DNA of 64,000 nt, from NCBI GenBank assembly GCA_963740355.1, contig CAVUDW010000002.1, forward strand, positions 1,664,001 to 1,728,000, read 5' to 3'. Below are positions 1 through 10,340 of the stretch, one piece after another. Below the pieces are notes generated by a model. It did not search any database and was not told the origin of the DNA. It worked only from the letters and a program-made list of their open reading frames with translations. Both the position numbers and the translations under genes were made by a program. The stretch comes from an uncultured Gemmatimonadaceae bacterium (GTDB lineage: Bacteria; Gemmatimonadota; Gemmatimonadetes; Gemmatimonadales; Gemmatimonadaceae). Each line of letters starts with the position of its first letter. Position 1 is the first letter of the stretch.

Positions 1-644
1 GGCATGATCACGGCGGCGATGGTGACCGCGATGTACACCAGCAAGGGTACCGCCGACTTCTTCTTCACCAGATCCACGATCAGCCAGATCAACGGCAAGC
101 CAAGGAAGAGCAACCCGATGATCGGGCCGGCCACTGGAGGAGGAAAGTGGCCAAACAGGAAGCGACCCAGACCCGGTCCCAGCATAACGAGACCGATACT
201 GGTGAAGAATCGCAGGTGCCATGCGGGGCGCTTCTTGTAGATGATCCCGAGCGAGTACAGGATCGAGATGAAGACGCATTCCGGGATACCATTGCGGCTC
301 AACGCAGCGAGTGCATCCGTCTCACTGAGATGATTGACGAGGATGTTCTTCTGGTACTGCGCGCGTGCCATGAGGAGAAAGGAAAACAGGAGCAGCGGCA
401 TCACGACGTACGACGCTTTGCCCACCTTGCGATGGATCTCGTAATTCTTCGCCCGGATCAGAAATGCCTGGGCAATCAGCATGCAGATCCACACCAGCGC
501 GATGAGCGCATGGAAGTGGAAGGGCCAGGTGAAACCGTCGAACGCAGGAAAGTGCGAGAAATAGCTCGGGAAGAAGCCGAGCAGCGTGATGATGAGTACC
601 GCGATGAAAAAGAAGCCGACATTCCGCTGCAATCGCTTTTCCAT
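1..644 (-). CDS. Multi-pass membrane protein, runs off the left edge of the window
   Basis: Manual translation from ATG 644: MEKRLQRNVGFFFIAVLIITLLGFFPSYF...FHFHALIALVW...HRKVG...WHLRFF; several hydrophobic helices and no stop before position 1, so it is absent from the ORF track. Confidence 0.8.
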   Translation of the reverse strand, partial: MEKRLQRNVGFFFIAVLIITLLGFFPSYFSHFPAFDGFTWPFHFHALIALVWICMLIAQAFLIRAKNYEIHRKVGKASYVVMPLLLFSFLLMARAQYQKNILVNHLSETDALAALSRNGIPECVFISILYSLGIIYKKRPAWHLRFFTSIGLVMLGPGLGRFLFGHFPPPVAGPIIGLLFLGLPLIWLIVDLVKKKSAVPLLVYIAVTIAAVIM

Positions 645-807
645 GGGCATCCGATGGGGGTTCGCGCCGCTGCTGCCGCTGAACTGCCACACTCGATCGG
701 GAAGCTTACTAGGCGGCCGCTGGCGAGGTCGGACCGTCTCGAGGCGGGGGCGGGTGCCATGCACGGCGGACCATGGCCTTCGGGCAAGGGCTTGCGAACT
801 GAAAAAC

Positions 808-827
808 ACTTAGGTAATTACAGAAGT
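808..827. promoter_or_regulatory. Probable ArsR operator in a divergent promoter region
   Basis: Dyad ACTT-ag-GTAATTAC-ag-AAGT in an AT-rich patch ~60 nt upstream of the ArsR gene. Confidence 0.5.
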
Positions 828-888
828 ATAGAATGGCGGTACGGTTTTCTCGTCGGAGCGATCACCACGCAATCGGATGGTGCGGGAC

Positions 889-1230
889 ATGGTGCACACC
901 GCAGTCACAGACGAAGTATTTCACGCCCTGTCGAACCCGACACGTCGAAAGGTGCTGGAGCGACTCTCGGCCGGACCCGCCACCGTCACTGAACTGGCGG
1001 CGCCGTTCGACATGCAGCTCCCCTCGTTCGTGCAGCATCTCTCCGTGCTCGAGCGGAGTCGGCTGGTGCGTTCGAGAAAGCACGGACGCGTGCGGACATA
1101 CGAGATGACGCCCGAGCGCTTCAGCGTGGTCGAAGACTGGCTCACCGCACGTCGGCGCGAGTGGGAGTCACGGCTCGACCGGTTCGATCAGTACGTCAAA
1201 CAACTCAAGGAGAAGGAAGCCCAATCATGA
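889..1230 (+). CDS. ArsR/SmtB family HTH regulator
   Basis: VFHALSNPTRRKVL...VTELA...QHLSVLERSRLV...GRVRTY; ATGA overlap with the next gene; alternative start 877. Confidence 0.9.
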   Translation: MVHTAVTDEVFHALSNPTRRKVLERLSAGPATVTELAAPFDMQLPSFVQHLSVLERSRLVRSRKHGRVRTYEMTPERFSVVEDWLTARRREWESRLDRFDQYVKQLKEKEAQS

Positions 1231-1715
1231 GCAAGGACTTCGCGTTCAACCCGAAGCTCGATTTCTCGATCGAACGGTTCATCGACGCTCCCACGCGCCT
1301 CGTCTGGGAAGCGTTGACGAAGCCGGAGCATCTGAAGGAGTGGTACATGCCCAAGGCCTGGGGACGCGTCTCGAAGGCCGAGATGGACCTGCGGCCCGGC
1401 GGCATCGTGAGTATCGACATCCTGGTCGGCGACGGTCAGGAGGTTCCCAACGTCGGCTGTGTGCTGGAAGTCGTCCCGTTGGAGCGCCTCGTCTGGACGG
1501 CGATGCTGTTTCCGGGCTATCGGCCGGCAGTGTTCGATGACATTCCGATCACGGCGGTCATGACGATGCAGGCCGAGGGGAGCGGGACGCGGTACGTGTT
1601 CACGGCGCTGCACCGGAGTGAGGCCGATCTCGCCACGAACAAGGAGTCAGGGTTCTATCAGGGGACGGAGATCGCCGTTGATCAGTTGGTGGCGCATGTG
1701 ATGGGGATGAAGTAG
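1227..1715 (+). CDS. SRPBCC/AHSA1 ligand-binding domain protein
   Basis: IERFIDAPTRLVWEALTKPEHLKEW...DLRPGG; common ArsR-SRPBCC pairing. Confidence 0.88.
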   Translation: MSKDFAFNPKLDFSIERFIDAPTRLVWEALTKPEHLKEWYMPKAWGRVSKAEMDLRPGGIVSIDILVGDGQEVPNVGCVLEVVPLERLVWTAMLFPGYRPAVFDDIPITAVMTMQAEGSGTRYVFTALHRSEADLATNKESGFYQGTEIAVDQLVAHVMGMK

Positions 1716-1740
1716 GGCGGGGGACATGCGGTGGAGATCC

Positions 1741-1870
1741 GCGAAATCCGGTGACAGTGCACTCAATTCAAGAATTGAGTGCACTGTCACCGGATTTCGC
1801 TCGCACGTCACCGGATTTCCCGGATTTCACCCATTGAGTGCACTGTCACCGGATTTCTGTCGCCGGATTT
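1741..1870. repeat. Palindrome family A, copy 1, plus partial units
   Basis: Perfect 29-bp arms 1741-1769 / 1772-1800 (gcgaaatccggtgacagtgcactcaattc-aa-gaattgagtgcactgtcaccggatttcgc), then partial right-arm units out to 1870. Confidence 0.95.
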
Positions 1871-2286
1871 CACGGGTATCGCTCGCGCAGGTGCTCGATC
1901 GAGTCCTTCACGAGCGCGTCCAGTGCAGGTAGGTCGATATCCTCGAGCCGCTTGATGTGGATGCATCCCTTGCCCGCCTTGTACTTGCCGAGCTTGGCCA
2001 GCAGGGCGTCGTGGCGCGCAGAGCCCGGGGCGATGTAGAGCGTGATGCGATCCTTCCGCGGCGCAAAGGCGACCAGCATCCACTCCTCGGTGGTGCCATT
2101 GGCATACGTTCGGTTGTAGGTGCCACATCCGACGATCGTCGTGCCCCACATGCGTGCTGGCGCTTTCGTCGCCGCCTCGAAACGCTTCACGATCGCGTAG
2201 CAGTCCTGCCTACGTTGCTCATCCTCGATCGCGTCGAGGAATGTTTTGACGCTGGCGGTCGTCTCTCGGGTCTTGGGTCCGGCCAT
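1870..2286 (-). CDS. DUF1801/YdhG-like protein
   Basis: SVKTFLDAIEDEQRRQD...MWGTTIVG...FAPRKDRITLY...LGKYKAGKGCIHIKRLEDID. Confidence 0.85.
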   Translation of the reverse strand: MAGPKTRETTASVKTFLDAIEDEQRRQDCYAIVKRFEAATKAPARMWGTTIVGCGTYNRTYANGTTEEWMLVAFAPRKDRITLYIAPGSARHDALLAKLGKYKAGKGCIHIKRLEDIDLPALDALVKDSIEHLRERYP

Positions 2287-2365
2287 TCGTTCAACCTCGA
2301 GGGTCAACGGTCATGGATCGCACAGGTGAATGAAGCCGTCGCAACTCTCGCCCACATCAAGCTCA

Positions 2366-5153
2366 TCACCGTTTCACCTTCGCCCGCACTTCGTCGAAGA
2401 AGTTCTGCACCACCACCAGCGTCGGTGTCCCCGCCATCTCCAACCAGCTGTTGTCTCGCACCATCAGAAACCGCTGATCGTCCGGCGAGAGTGCAAAGGT
2501 GCCGCTGGCCAGCGCTCCCGCGCGAACGAACTCTGGTATCGCGAACAAGACGCGCGGCGGTTCCGCCGAGAAGGGCGGTCCCGGATTGATCCTCACGACG
2601 TACATCTTCCCGTTGGCCACGTAGAAGAGCTCGCGCCCGTTGTGCGCCCAGATCGGTGGACTGCCACCGCCGCTCGACAGCTGCCACTTGCCTGCGCTCA
2701 CATCTGGAAACGGACGCACGAATACCTCATGCGCGCCCTGCTCGTTCGACACGTATGCGAGCCAACGCCCATCCGGTGACAGTGCCGCGCCCCTTTCGTC
2801 GTAACCTGTCGCCACGAGGGTGCGCGCGACGCTGTCAACGTTCGGTTGGGCGGCGAGAATCTCGCCGTGTACGGAACCACTGATCGACTTGTTCGCCCCC
2901 AGCAGCACCCAGCGCCCATCCGGACTCACGATCGCGTCCGTCGGACTCCCTCGGCCCCACAGGAGCCTGGCCTCACCGGTTCCGTCGGCCGCCTGCTCCC
3001 ACACGGTGAAGCCTGGAGTGGGCGGTCGAGTCGCTCTGGGCCGACACGAGTCGGTCCGACAGAAACGTGATGGCTTTGCCGTCGGGCGTCCACGCCGGCG
3101 ATCGGTCTTCACCGGGGTTCAGCGTGAGCCTCGACACCGGGCCTTTCGGTAGCTGCTTGATCCAAATGTCTCGGCCAAGCTCGGTGAGCAGCGTGAGCGC
3201 GATGCGCCGTCCGTCCGGCGACAGCGCGATTCCCCAGTCGATCTCGAAATCCCCGCTGTATCCGCCTCCGGTATTCACCTGCCACGAGGAATCCACCGGC
3301 TCGACCTGCCCAGTACGACTCACCCACACGACAGCAGCGTTCGGCGCCGGGCCCGGCACGAATTCCTGGCGTCCCACCAGGTAATACGCGGTGCCGTCAT
3401 TCGAGATCAGGAATCCCGGCGCCTGAATCCCATCCAGCACGGGGACTGGCCGACCAGTAGCAGAAAGAGTCGAATTGTCCCACGGCGCCGCCATGAGCGT
3501 GCCACCGCTGGTGAGGTACAACACATGTCCGGTCGGGATGTACCAGGCTCCGATGGCATCCTCGAATAACGCGCGAACGGTATCCCGACGCGCATCGTAC
3601 ACGTACACTCGACTGGGACGACAGCTGACCGGCCCCACGCACTGGGTGAGATGGGCCGTGAACAGGACACCACGTGAGTCAGGGAGCGGCGTTGGTATCC
3701 ATGGGAAGCGGCCCTCCAGCGCGGTGCGCGAGACGATCACCTTCGATTTCGCCTCTCCGGACCCGAGACGACGCAGCGTGCGAGATGTCGCGTCGTAGTA
3801 GACAATGGAACCGTCCTCCAGCCACGCGCCCCGGTTGTACACCGCGTTGACGGAATCCTCGAGCTTGAGGGACGTTCCGCCCGTGCTCGGAATTCTGCGC
3901 AGTTGGTTATTTGCGACGAATCCGATCGACGCTCCGTCGGGAGAGAAGAAGGGGCCCGATCCACCTTCCGTGCCGGCCAGCGGCCGTGCAACGACTTCAT
4001 CACGTCGCTTGATGTACAGCTGGCCGGGACCGGTCAGCGGACTGCGGAACACCAGTGACATTCCATCGGGTGAGAGCGCGGCTTCGACCCCGAACGTGAG
4101 CCCATCGAGTACGCCTTGCGCGCCAAGCGTCGTGACGTTGCGCGAGACGGACGTCGCTGCCTGACGCGGGCGCATCCACCCCCACGTCGCGAGAGCGATC
4201 GCCAGCAAGGTGACTGCTGTCAGCGCCGGAAGGGCCATGCGACTTGAGGCCATCCCTGTAGCGGCGACGGTCTTGCCAGCGGCGACGCGCCCGGTGAACG
4301 ACGGATTGCGAAGCGCCTCGGCGAACGCCTTTGCGCTGTCGAAACGGTCGGCCTGGAGTTTCTCCAATGAGGTCGCGACCGCCGCCGCGACGTGTGGCGG
4401 CACCGCCTTGCGCAACTCCCTGACTGGTCGCGCGACGTCCACCACGATCTTCATGATGATCATCTGCGCCGACGAGCCGGTGTGTGGCGGTTCTCCTGTC
4501 AGTAGTTCGTACAGGACTGAGCCAAGCGAGTAGATGTCCGAGCGGTTGGTGATGTGCTTCTCAGCCGTCGCCTGCTCGGGGGACATGTAGTGCGGCGTGC
4601 CCACCGACACACCGGTCTCCGTCATTCGACCGCCTGCCGCCGCGCTCACTGCCAGCGCGATGCCGAAGTCCGCGACGATTGCACGACCGTTGCTGAGGAG
4701 GATGTTTTCCGGTTTGATGTCCCGGTGCACGACGCCTTGCTCGTGTGCGTACTGCAACGCGTCCGCGACCTCGGTGGCGATGGTCACCGCCTCGTCGATG
4801 CCGAGCTGTTGCTCGCGATCGAGTTTCTCCCGAAGGTTTTCGCCTTGGATGAACGGCATGACATAGTACAAGAACCCCGGGCTGCCGCCGCCCGGCGAAA
4901 TCGTGCTGCCGCTGTCGTAGAGCGGCAGGATGTGCGGGTGCTGGAGCTGTGCGGTGGTCCTGATCTCCTGCACGAACCGGTCAGCGCCGAGCACGGCGGC
5001 GAGTTCGGGTCGCAGCACCTTCAGCGCGACCTTGCGGCCATGCTTCAGATCCTCGGCCAGGTAGACGGTCGCCATGCCACCCTCGCCGAGTTGACGCTCG
5101 ATGCGGTAGCGGTCGGCGAGGGCAGTGGCGAGGTGCGCGGTGATTTCAGCCAT
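2366..5153 (-). pseudogene. Hanks-type Ser/Thr kinase with TM and TolB/PD40 beta-propeller; frameshifted near 3010-3050
   Basis: GEGGMATVY, VALK, HRDIKPEN, DFG, GTPHYMSPE; SPDG repeats continue from ORF 2973..5153 into the different-frame ORF 2366..3112. Confidence 0.85.
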
Positions 5154-5273
5154 GCGCGTCGCGAGGCAGCGCGAAACGTGGCATTGTGTCGTGGGCCGGT
5201 CCGACCTGTCGATAAACGAGCAATGCCATGCGAAGCGATTGGGGTGGAGGATTCCAGCGTTGCGGCCCGACGC

Positions 5274-5732
5274 TCAGACGGCGGGTCTCGCCTCGCACAA
5301 CAGCTTGAGCCGCTGCAACGCCTTGGGCCAGGCCTGACTGATGTCCGCCTCCCACTCCTCGGTGACATCCTGGTCGACCGTCACGCGCGTGCCTTCGGTC
5401 GAGGCGATGAATGTGTAGTTCTCGTACGCCGGCGCCCAGGCGCGGATTGCATCGCTCTGGGTGTCTTCAACGCCATTGATGATGAATCCAATGTGGCGAA
5501 TCGATGTGAATTCGTTGAGCCGATGTTCCGCGACTTCAGCGACCATGCCATCACCAGACGGTCCCACGAATTTGATCTTCTCACCACGCTGCCACGATCC
5601 ATCGTACCGCGAGCCTTCGGCGAAGGCCGAGGCCCATTCCTGGTAGGACTCCGGATCGAGCATCGTCTGAAATACCACCGAGACGGGGGCCGTGATCTCC
5701 GTGGTGAATCGAACTCGTCTGTTCGTCGACAT
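5274..5732 (-). CDS. SRPBCC domain protein
   Basis: EITAPVSVVFQTMLDPESYQEW...GSWQRGEKIKF...WPKALQRLKLLCE; RBS gaggtg before ATG 5732. Confidence 0.85.
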   Translation of the reverse strand: MSTNRRVRFTTEITAPVSVVFQTMLDPESYQEWASAFAEGSRYDGSWQRGEKIKFVGPSGDGMVAEVAEHRLNEFTSIRHIGFIINGVEDTQSDAIRAWAPAYENYTFIASTEGTRVTVDQDVTEEWEADISQAWPKALQRLKLLCEARPAV

Positions 5733-5889
5733 CTGCACCTCGTCTGGGCTTGATTCGTCGCCTGAAGCGAACCGTTTTCGCTGCGCGGTCACCGCCAATG
5801 TCGGCGATCCTCACGATACGCCGCTGGCAGAGTCAGCGACAGGCCGCGGGCCGCTCCCAACGCGCTGGTGGACGCGCCCTTTGTGGCCG

Positions 5890-7200
5890 TCACCTCGCCG
5901 GCACCGCAGTGCTTGCGGTACCGAAGTGCAGCACGAGGTGCGAATGCTCACCGAGGAAGAGTCGCGAATCCTGTCCTGTCCATGCGCTCGTGCCACGCAT
6001 CGACGGATCCCCGAGCGCTTGCACGTACCACGCAGGCTTCGGTCCGTTCGGGAGCGCGTCGAGCCGGATGGGCGTTGCGGGCGCGGGCTTCGGTGCTGCC
6101 ATCGCCGGCACGAAGGTGAGATAGTTTCCATCCGCGTCGAATGCGCGCGCACCGGACACCTTGTTGAGCAGGAGCATGAAGGCGCCCACGTGCGTGTTCC
6201 ATGAGAGTGATGGCCCCCAGTACCCGCCGCCATCTTCGCGCAGCCACGATTTCGCCGGTGGCAACAGCGGTGTGGCCTGGCCCAGTGGTGTCGTCGCCCA
6301 CATCTGGCCGACGCGCGGGCCAGGCGTGCCCTGAAGTCCGGGGGCCGACCAGGCGCCGTTGTGCCAGCGATGTGCCTTGCTCGTGCCGTCGGGCGCGAGT
6401 GGGTGATCGAGGTCGGCTAGTGCGATGCGCGCCAGCTGGATGCCCTGGGTGCTCGCATCATCGCCGGTGTAGTCGGTGAAGGCGATGTAGGCATAGGTGC
6501 TGTCTGGGCCCACCGCCATGCTCGGGTCACCAACGCCGCCGGTGAAGAAGCGCGCCGGCTGGTCGCAGCTGATTGCAAAGCTGCCGTCACTGACGATGAT
6601 GGCGAGGTTTTCCCAGGTGCGCCCGTTGTCGGTGGAGCGTCCGAGCCCGATGTGCGGCACCGATAGATATGGCCGGTCATTCGGAGGCGGACAGTGCACG
6701 TACGGCCCTTCCTCCAGATGATAGAGCCCGTAGAGAATGCCGGTGCGCGGCGCGCGATAGACCCCTTCCATCCAGCGCATGCGTGTGGTGGTCGGTCCAT
6801 CGGCGCTGTTGATGTCGTGCACATACCACTTCTTCTTCGCATCCCAGGCGAACTTCGGGTCGTCATCGGTGAAGCGCATCGGCTCGAAGGGCTGTGCCGA
6901 ACCGGCATCACGCCCGCCGACGCTGCGCCACGGATGCTGGTTCGAGACCATCTGGAAGAGCGTGTCGCCGACCCACCATGACGGACGGTTGCAGTCGCTG
7001 CCGACGGGGCTCGTCACGCGCACGGTGTCCACGGTGACGAGGGTGACGGTCGGCACGGTGAAGGGTGTGGCGGTGGCGGTCGCGGTGGAATCGGTGACTA
7101 CAGGGCGTGTGTCGCGGGCGCAGGCCGTGAGCAGCGCCAGCGCGAGGGTCAGGCGGCGCGGTGCAATCAGTCGTGGCGTGCGGGGATGCGTCTGGAGCAT
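5890..7200 (-). CDS. Predicted lipoprotein with an Asp-box; possible beta-propeller/glycosidase-like fold
   Basis: Lipobox LTAC; Asp-box RSTDNGRTW; GDPS motif. Confidence 0.7.
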   Translation of the reverse strand: MLQTHPRTPRLIAPRRLTLALALLTACARDTRPVVTDSTATATATPFTVPTVTLVTVDTVRVTSPVGSDCNRPSWWVGDTLFQMVSNQHPWRSVGGRDAGSAQPFEPMRFTDDDPKFAWDAKKKWYVHDINSADGPTTTRMRWMEGVYRAPRTGILYGLYHLEEGPYVHCPPPNDRPYLSVPHIGLGRSTDNGRTWENLAIIVSDGSFAISCDQPARFFTGGVGDPSMAVGPDSTYAYIAFTDYTGDDASTQGIQLARIALADLDHPLAPDGTSKAHRWHNGAWSAPGLQGTPGPRVGQMWATTPLGQATPLLPPAKSWLREDGGGYWGPSLSWNTHVGAFMLLLNKVSGARAFDADGNYLTFVPAMAAPKPAPATPIRLDALPNGPKPAWYVQALGDPSMRGTSAWTGQDSRLFLGEHSHLVLHFGTASTAVPAR

Positions 7201-7274
7201 GATCGGCCCAAAGGGATGCGACGATGGGTGATGGAGCGACAGCCTGACGATATGTGCCGTGCCGCTCGCCGGTC

Positions 7275-7430
7275 AATCCGGTGACAGTGCACACATTCGG
7301 AGAAATCCGGTGACAGCAGGAATCCGGTGACGAGTAATCCGGTGACAGTGCACTCAATTCCAACGAATTGAGTGCACTGTCACCGGATTACTCCGGATTA
7401 CTCAGTCACTGATTTCTCGTCACCGGATTT
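7275..7430. repeat. Palindrome family A, copy 2, with partial units on both sides
   Basis: 29-bp arms 7332-7360 / 7365-7393, loop caac; three extra aatccggtgac units to the left and ccggatt-type units to the right. Confidence 0.95.
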
Positions 7431-7431
7431 C

Positions 7432-8145
7432 TCAGTCGCCACGCGGCCGCTTCGGCGACAGGATTCGCACCTCGGCGCGATGGATCAGGACCTCGGGTGG
7501 CGTGTTCACGACACTCATCACCGCCGCCGCCACGTCGTCGGCGCGCAGCTGCGACGTCGCGCGCGGGCCACCGCCGCCGCCGAACTCCGTGGCCACCGAG
7601 CCCGGGCTCACCACCGACACTTTCACGCCGGCGTCGCGTACCTCGAGCATCAGGTTCTCGGCGAAACCCATCACCGCATGCTTGGTCGTCGCGTAGCCGG
7701 CGCCTCCCACGAACGCGCTCCGCCCCGCGATCGACCCGATGATCACGATGTGGCCCTGGCCACGCGCGACCATGGCAGGCAGCACGGCACGCGTCACGTG
7801 ATAGAGCGCGTTGACGTTGACGTCCATCATCGTGTGCCACTCGTCGGGCGTGAGCTCGAGCAGCGGCTTCATCACGCCGACGCCGGCGTTGTGCACGAGG
7901 ACGTCCACGGTGCGCCCGTGCAAAGCGCTCGCGATTCGGTTCGCGATGCCCGGTGCGTCACTGAGGTCCAGCAGCAGTGACTCCGCTTCGCCGCCAGCTG
8001 CCTGCACCTCGGCGACAACGCTGGCGAGCGCTTCCTCATCACGCGCCGCTGCCAGCACGCGATGGGTCGCGGCGAAGCGGAGTGACAGGGCGCGACCGAT
8101 GCCACGCGAGGCACCGGTGATGAAAACGAGGGGCTTGGACGTCAT
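7432..8145 (-). CDS. Short-chain dehydrogenase/reductase
   Basis: TGASRGIG, HNAG, YATTK. Confidence 0.92.
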   Translation of the reverse strand: MTSKPLVFITGASRGIGRALSLRFAATHRVLAAARDEEALASVVAEVQAAGGEAESLLLDLSDAPGIANRIASALHGRTVDVLVHNAGVGVMKPLLELTPDEWHTMMDVNVNALYHVTRAVLPAMVARGQGHIVIIGSIAGRSAFVGGAGYATTKHAVMGFAENLMLEVRDAGVKVSVVSPGSVATEFGGGGGPRATSQLRADDVAAAVMSVVNTPPEVLIHRAEVRILSPKRPRGD

Positions 8146-8194
8146 GTCACCAGAATGCCGCATTGTGCGCACGCTGGCAACACGGTTGAGGTGC

Positions 8195-8244
8195 GATCAC
8201 GGGGACGGAGATCCTGAACCTTTCTGATCTCCGTCCCCATGATC
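8195..8244. repeat. Intergenic palindrome, family B (REP-like or terminator)
   Basis: gatcacggggacggagatc-12 nt-gatctccgtccccatgatc; 19-bp arms with 1 mismatch. Confidence 0.85.
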
Positions 8245-8256
8245 GGCGCTGACCGT

Positions 8257-9357
8257 TCACGGATACAGCGGCGTCTTCCCGAAGACGTTGAACGGCATCA
8301 GCGTGAAGCCGGTCCACATCACGTGCGTCATCTGCTTGTCCTCGTCACGGATGACGTGATGCAGTCCGCCGTAGTACCAGAGCACCACGTCCTGCTGGCG
8401 CACCGACTCCCCGTTGGTGTATGTCGGCAGTGCTGTCGCCGTGAACTCGTTCCAGCGGTAGCGCGTCACCCAGACGGTGTTCTTCGTGAACGCCTCCTGG
8501 TGCACTGGGATTCCCGTCACCTGCGGCATCAGGTGCCAGGCTGAGGGCTTCCCGTTGGTGTTGCGAAGCGTCGCATCGGTGATGTCCCAGCTTCTGAAGC
8601 CCGTCGCCGACCAGGGCATCCCACCCTCCGTCACGATCGGCGTGTGGCTGTCCACGCCTTGTGCACCAGACTCGGCGTGCGTCATCATCATCACCTGATC
8701 CGAGCCGGCACCGTTGAGATCCAGATCGAGTCGCCACAGCGGTCCATGCATGTGTGTCGTGGTGCCGGCCGGGATGCCTGTCGCGCCGACGCGGGCGGTC
8801 ATGATCCCGTCGTCGCGGAATGTCCACTCGATGATGTAGTTGTAGTTCGCTGCCGCGAGCACGCTGAACAACACCAGTTCCTCACCGCGCCGCTTTTGCC
8901 CGTCGTGCTTCCATGCGAGCCCGCGGTCGTGCACCTGCTTGCAGACTTGGCTAGCGCCGAGCACCACGCCGGTTGGGGCAGGGCAGTCAGTGCCGTCGAG
9001 TGGCACCCAGCCGAAGTTGTAGCCGACGTCCAGATAGCGCGGCGATCCGCCGTGGTACGGCACGAACAGCTCGGCGAGTCGCGCATCGTAGACAAGCTTG
9101 ATCCACGCGGCGTTCGGCGAGGGCCGGAACCACGCGCCGGAGATGATGAGTCCATTCCCGCGCACCACCTGCCAGCACAGCTTCCAGCGCGTCTCCTCAG
9201 TGCCCGAGGTAGGAAAGCGCTGTTCGATGTAGTACGGCTCCGAGCAGCTCTGCGCCTGCGCATGCAGCTCGGGCACAGGCGCCATCGACGCGAGTACGAA
9301 GCCGAGCGTGGTCATGGCGCCGCGCAGCAGTGCACGGGGAAAGAGGCGCTGTGTCAT
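8257..9357 (-). CDS. Secreted copper amine oxidase catalytic-domain protein (minimal)
   Basis: ELFVPY, YLD (catalytic Asp), NYNY (TPQ precursor site, consensus N-Y-D/E), WTFRDDG, HMH and HHVIRDED copper ligands, DVVLWY; signal peptide. Confidence 0.8.
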   Translation of the reverse strand: MTQRLFPRALLRGAMTTLGFVLASMAPVPELHAQAQSCSEPYYIEQRFPTSGTEETRWKLCWQVVRGNGLIISGAWFRPSPNAAWIKLVYDARLAELFVPYHGGSPRYLDVGYNFGWVPLDGTDCPAPTGVVLGASQVCKQVHDRGLAWKHDGQKRRGEELVLFSVLAAANYNYIIEWTFRDDGIMTARVGATGIPAGTTTHMHGPLWRLDLDLNGAGSDQVMMMTHAESGAQGVDSHTPIVTEGGMPWSATGFRSWDITDATLRNTNGKPSAWHLMPQVTGIPVHQEAFTKNTVWVTRYRWNEFTATALPTYTNGESVRQQDVVLWYYGGLHHVIRDEDKQMTHVMWTGFTLMPFNVFGKTPLYP

Positions 9358-10037
9358 CGCGCACCGTCCTTCACCATAACGGAGTCGTTCAGCAGGTCGA
9401 CCACCACTCGGCCGAGATGCACATAGGAGTTGTTGACGCGAAAGAAGAGCGCAACACATCGTCGATTCGCGCACCGATCGCCGGGTGGCCCCAGGAGCCG
9501 GATACCGTCGATGCGGGTGGCGGCGGTATCGGTCGGTTCGCCCGCCGCACGCTGGAGGCGGAACTCCGGCAGACGTCCATCGAACAGCTTGCGCACGCGT
9601 TCATCGGCGATCGCGATGCGCGCTGCACGCGCGACCTCTTCCTCGGACAGCGGCACATCGGCACCGCGGGCGCGAGTCACGTCGAGCACCTTGGCCGTCG
9701 CGAGATCCACCAGTGCCGTGACGCCTGTGTTGCGGGCGCGGACGAAATACTGGACGGCGGCCTGGCGAGAGACCTCGGCGTCGCCGTCGCGATTCTCGCG
9801 GCGTGGCTTGCCGGCGATGAAGCTGACGTCAACGAGCACCGGTGCGTCGCGACCGATCAGTTCGCGGAGCCGCGGGTCGGCGCGTGCGACGCTGTCGGCT
9901 AGAACGCGTTCGCGCGGGGTGAGCGGGTCGAGCGGTCGGGGTCGCTCGATGACAGGCTGCGCGGTGAGTGTCGCGGCGAGCAGCAGGGTCGCGATAGGGC
10001 TGGCGAGCCGAGGCAAGGTGGGGCGGGGAGTGATCAT
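9354..10037 (-). CDS. Secreted protein resembling copper amine oxidase N-terminal domains
   Basis: Signal peptide then PLDPLTPRE; ALVDL, PLSEEE, VVVDL; ATGA-coupled to the catalytic gene. Confidence 0.6.
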   Translation of the reverse strand: MITPRPTLPRLASPIATLLLAATLTAQPVIERPRPLDPLTPRERVLADSVARADPRLRELIGRDAPVLVDVSFIAGKPRRENRDGDAEVSRQAAVQYFVRARNTGVTALVDLATAKVLDVTRARGADVPLSEEEVARAARIAIADERVRKLFDGRLPEFRLQRAAGEPTDTAATRIDGIRLLGPPGDRCANRRCVALFFRVNNSYVHLGRVVVDLLNDSVMVKDGAR

Positions 10038-10137
10038 GCGGTGCCTCCTGGAGGGGGTGGCGTGCATATATCAGGACGCTGGAATCACCGGGGACTCTCA
10101 AGCCTGTTGTGATCGCGTCGTACGGCCGTTCCCGTAA

Positions 10138-10189
10138 TTCCGGTGACAGTGCACTCAATCATTGAAATGAGTGCACTGTCACCGGTTTT
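10138..10189. repeat. Palindrome family A, copy 3
   Basis: 18-bp arms 10140-10157 / 10168-10185, loop atcattgaaa; 51/52 identical to 11343-11394. Confidence 0.95.
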
Positions 10190-10340
10190 CCGCCGTGCCG
10201 CTCGCCAGACGTGGCGTGCGGTAGCACCGGCGCTGTTGCTTCGCACGCAGGCTTCCTCCGTTGCAACCATCCCGTCCCGGCATCGTATTCGGGAAGCATG
10301 CGGCACGCTTGAGAGTCCAACCAATCCCCCAGGCAGATTG

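Noticed and set aside
1661..1673. 13-nt match to the family B arm inside the SRPBCC gene
   Set aside because: It is in-frame coding sequence (GTEI) with no partner arm; treated as coincidence.
7372..7980. ORFs starting MHCHR, MSALSP or MTVHS as a peptide family
   Set aside because: These N-termini are translations of the family A palindrome itself.
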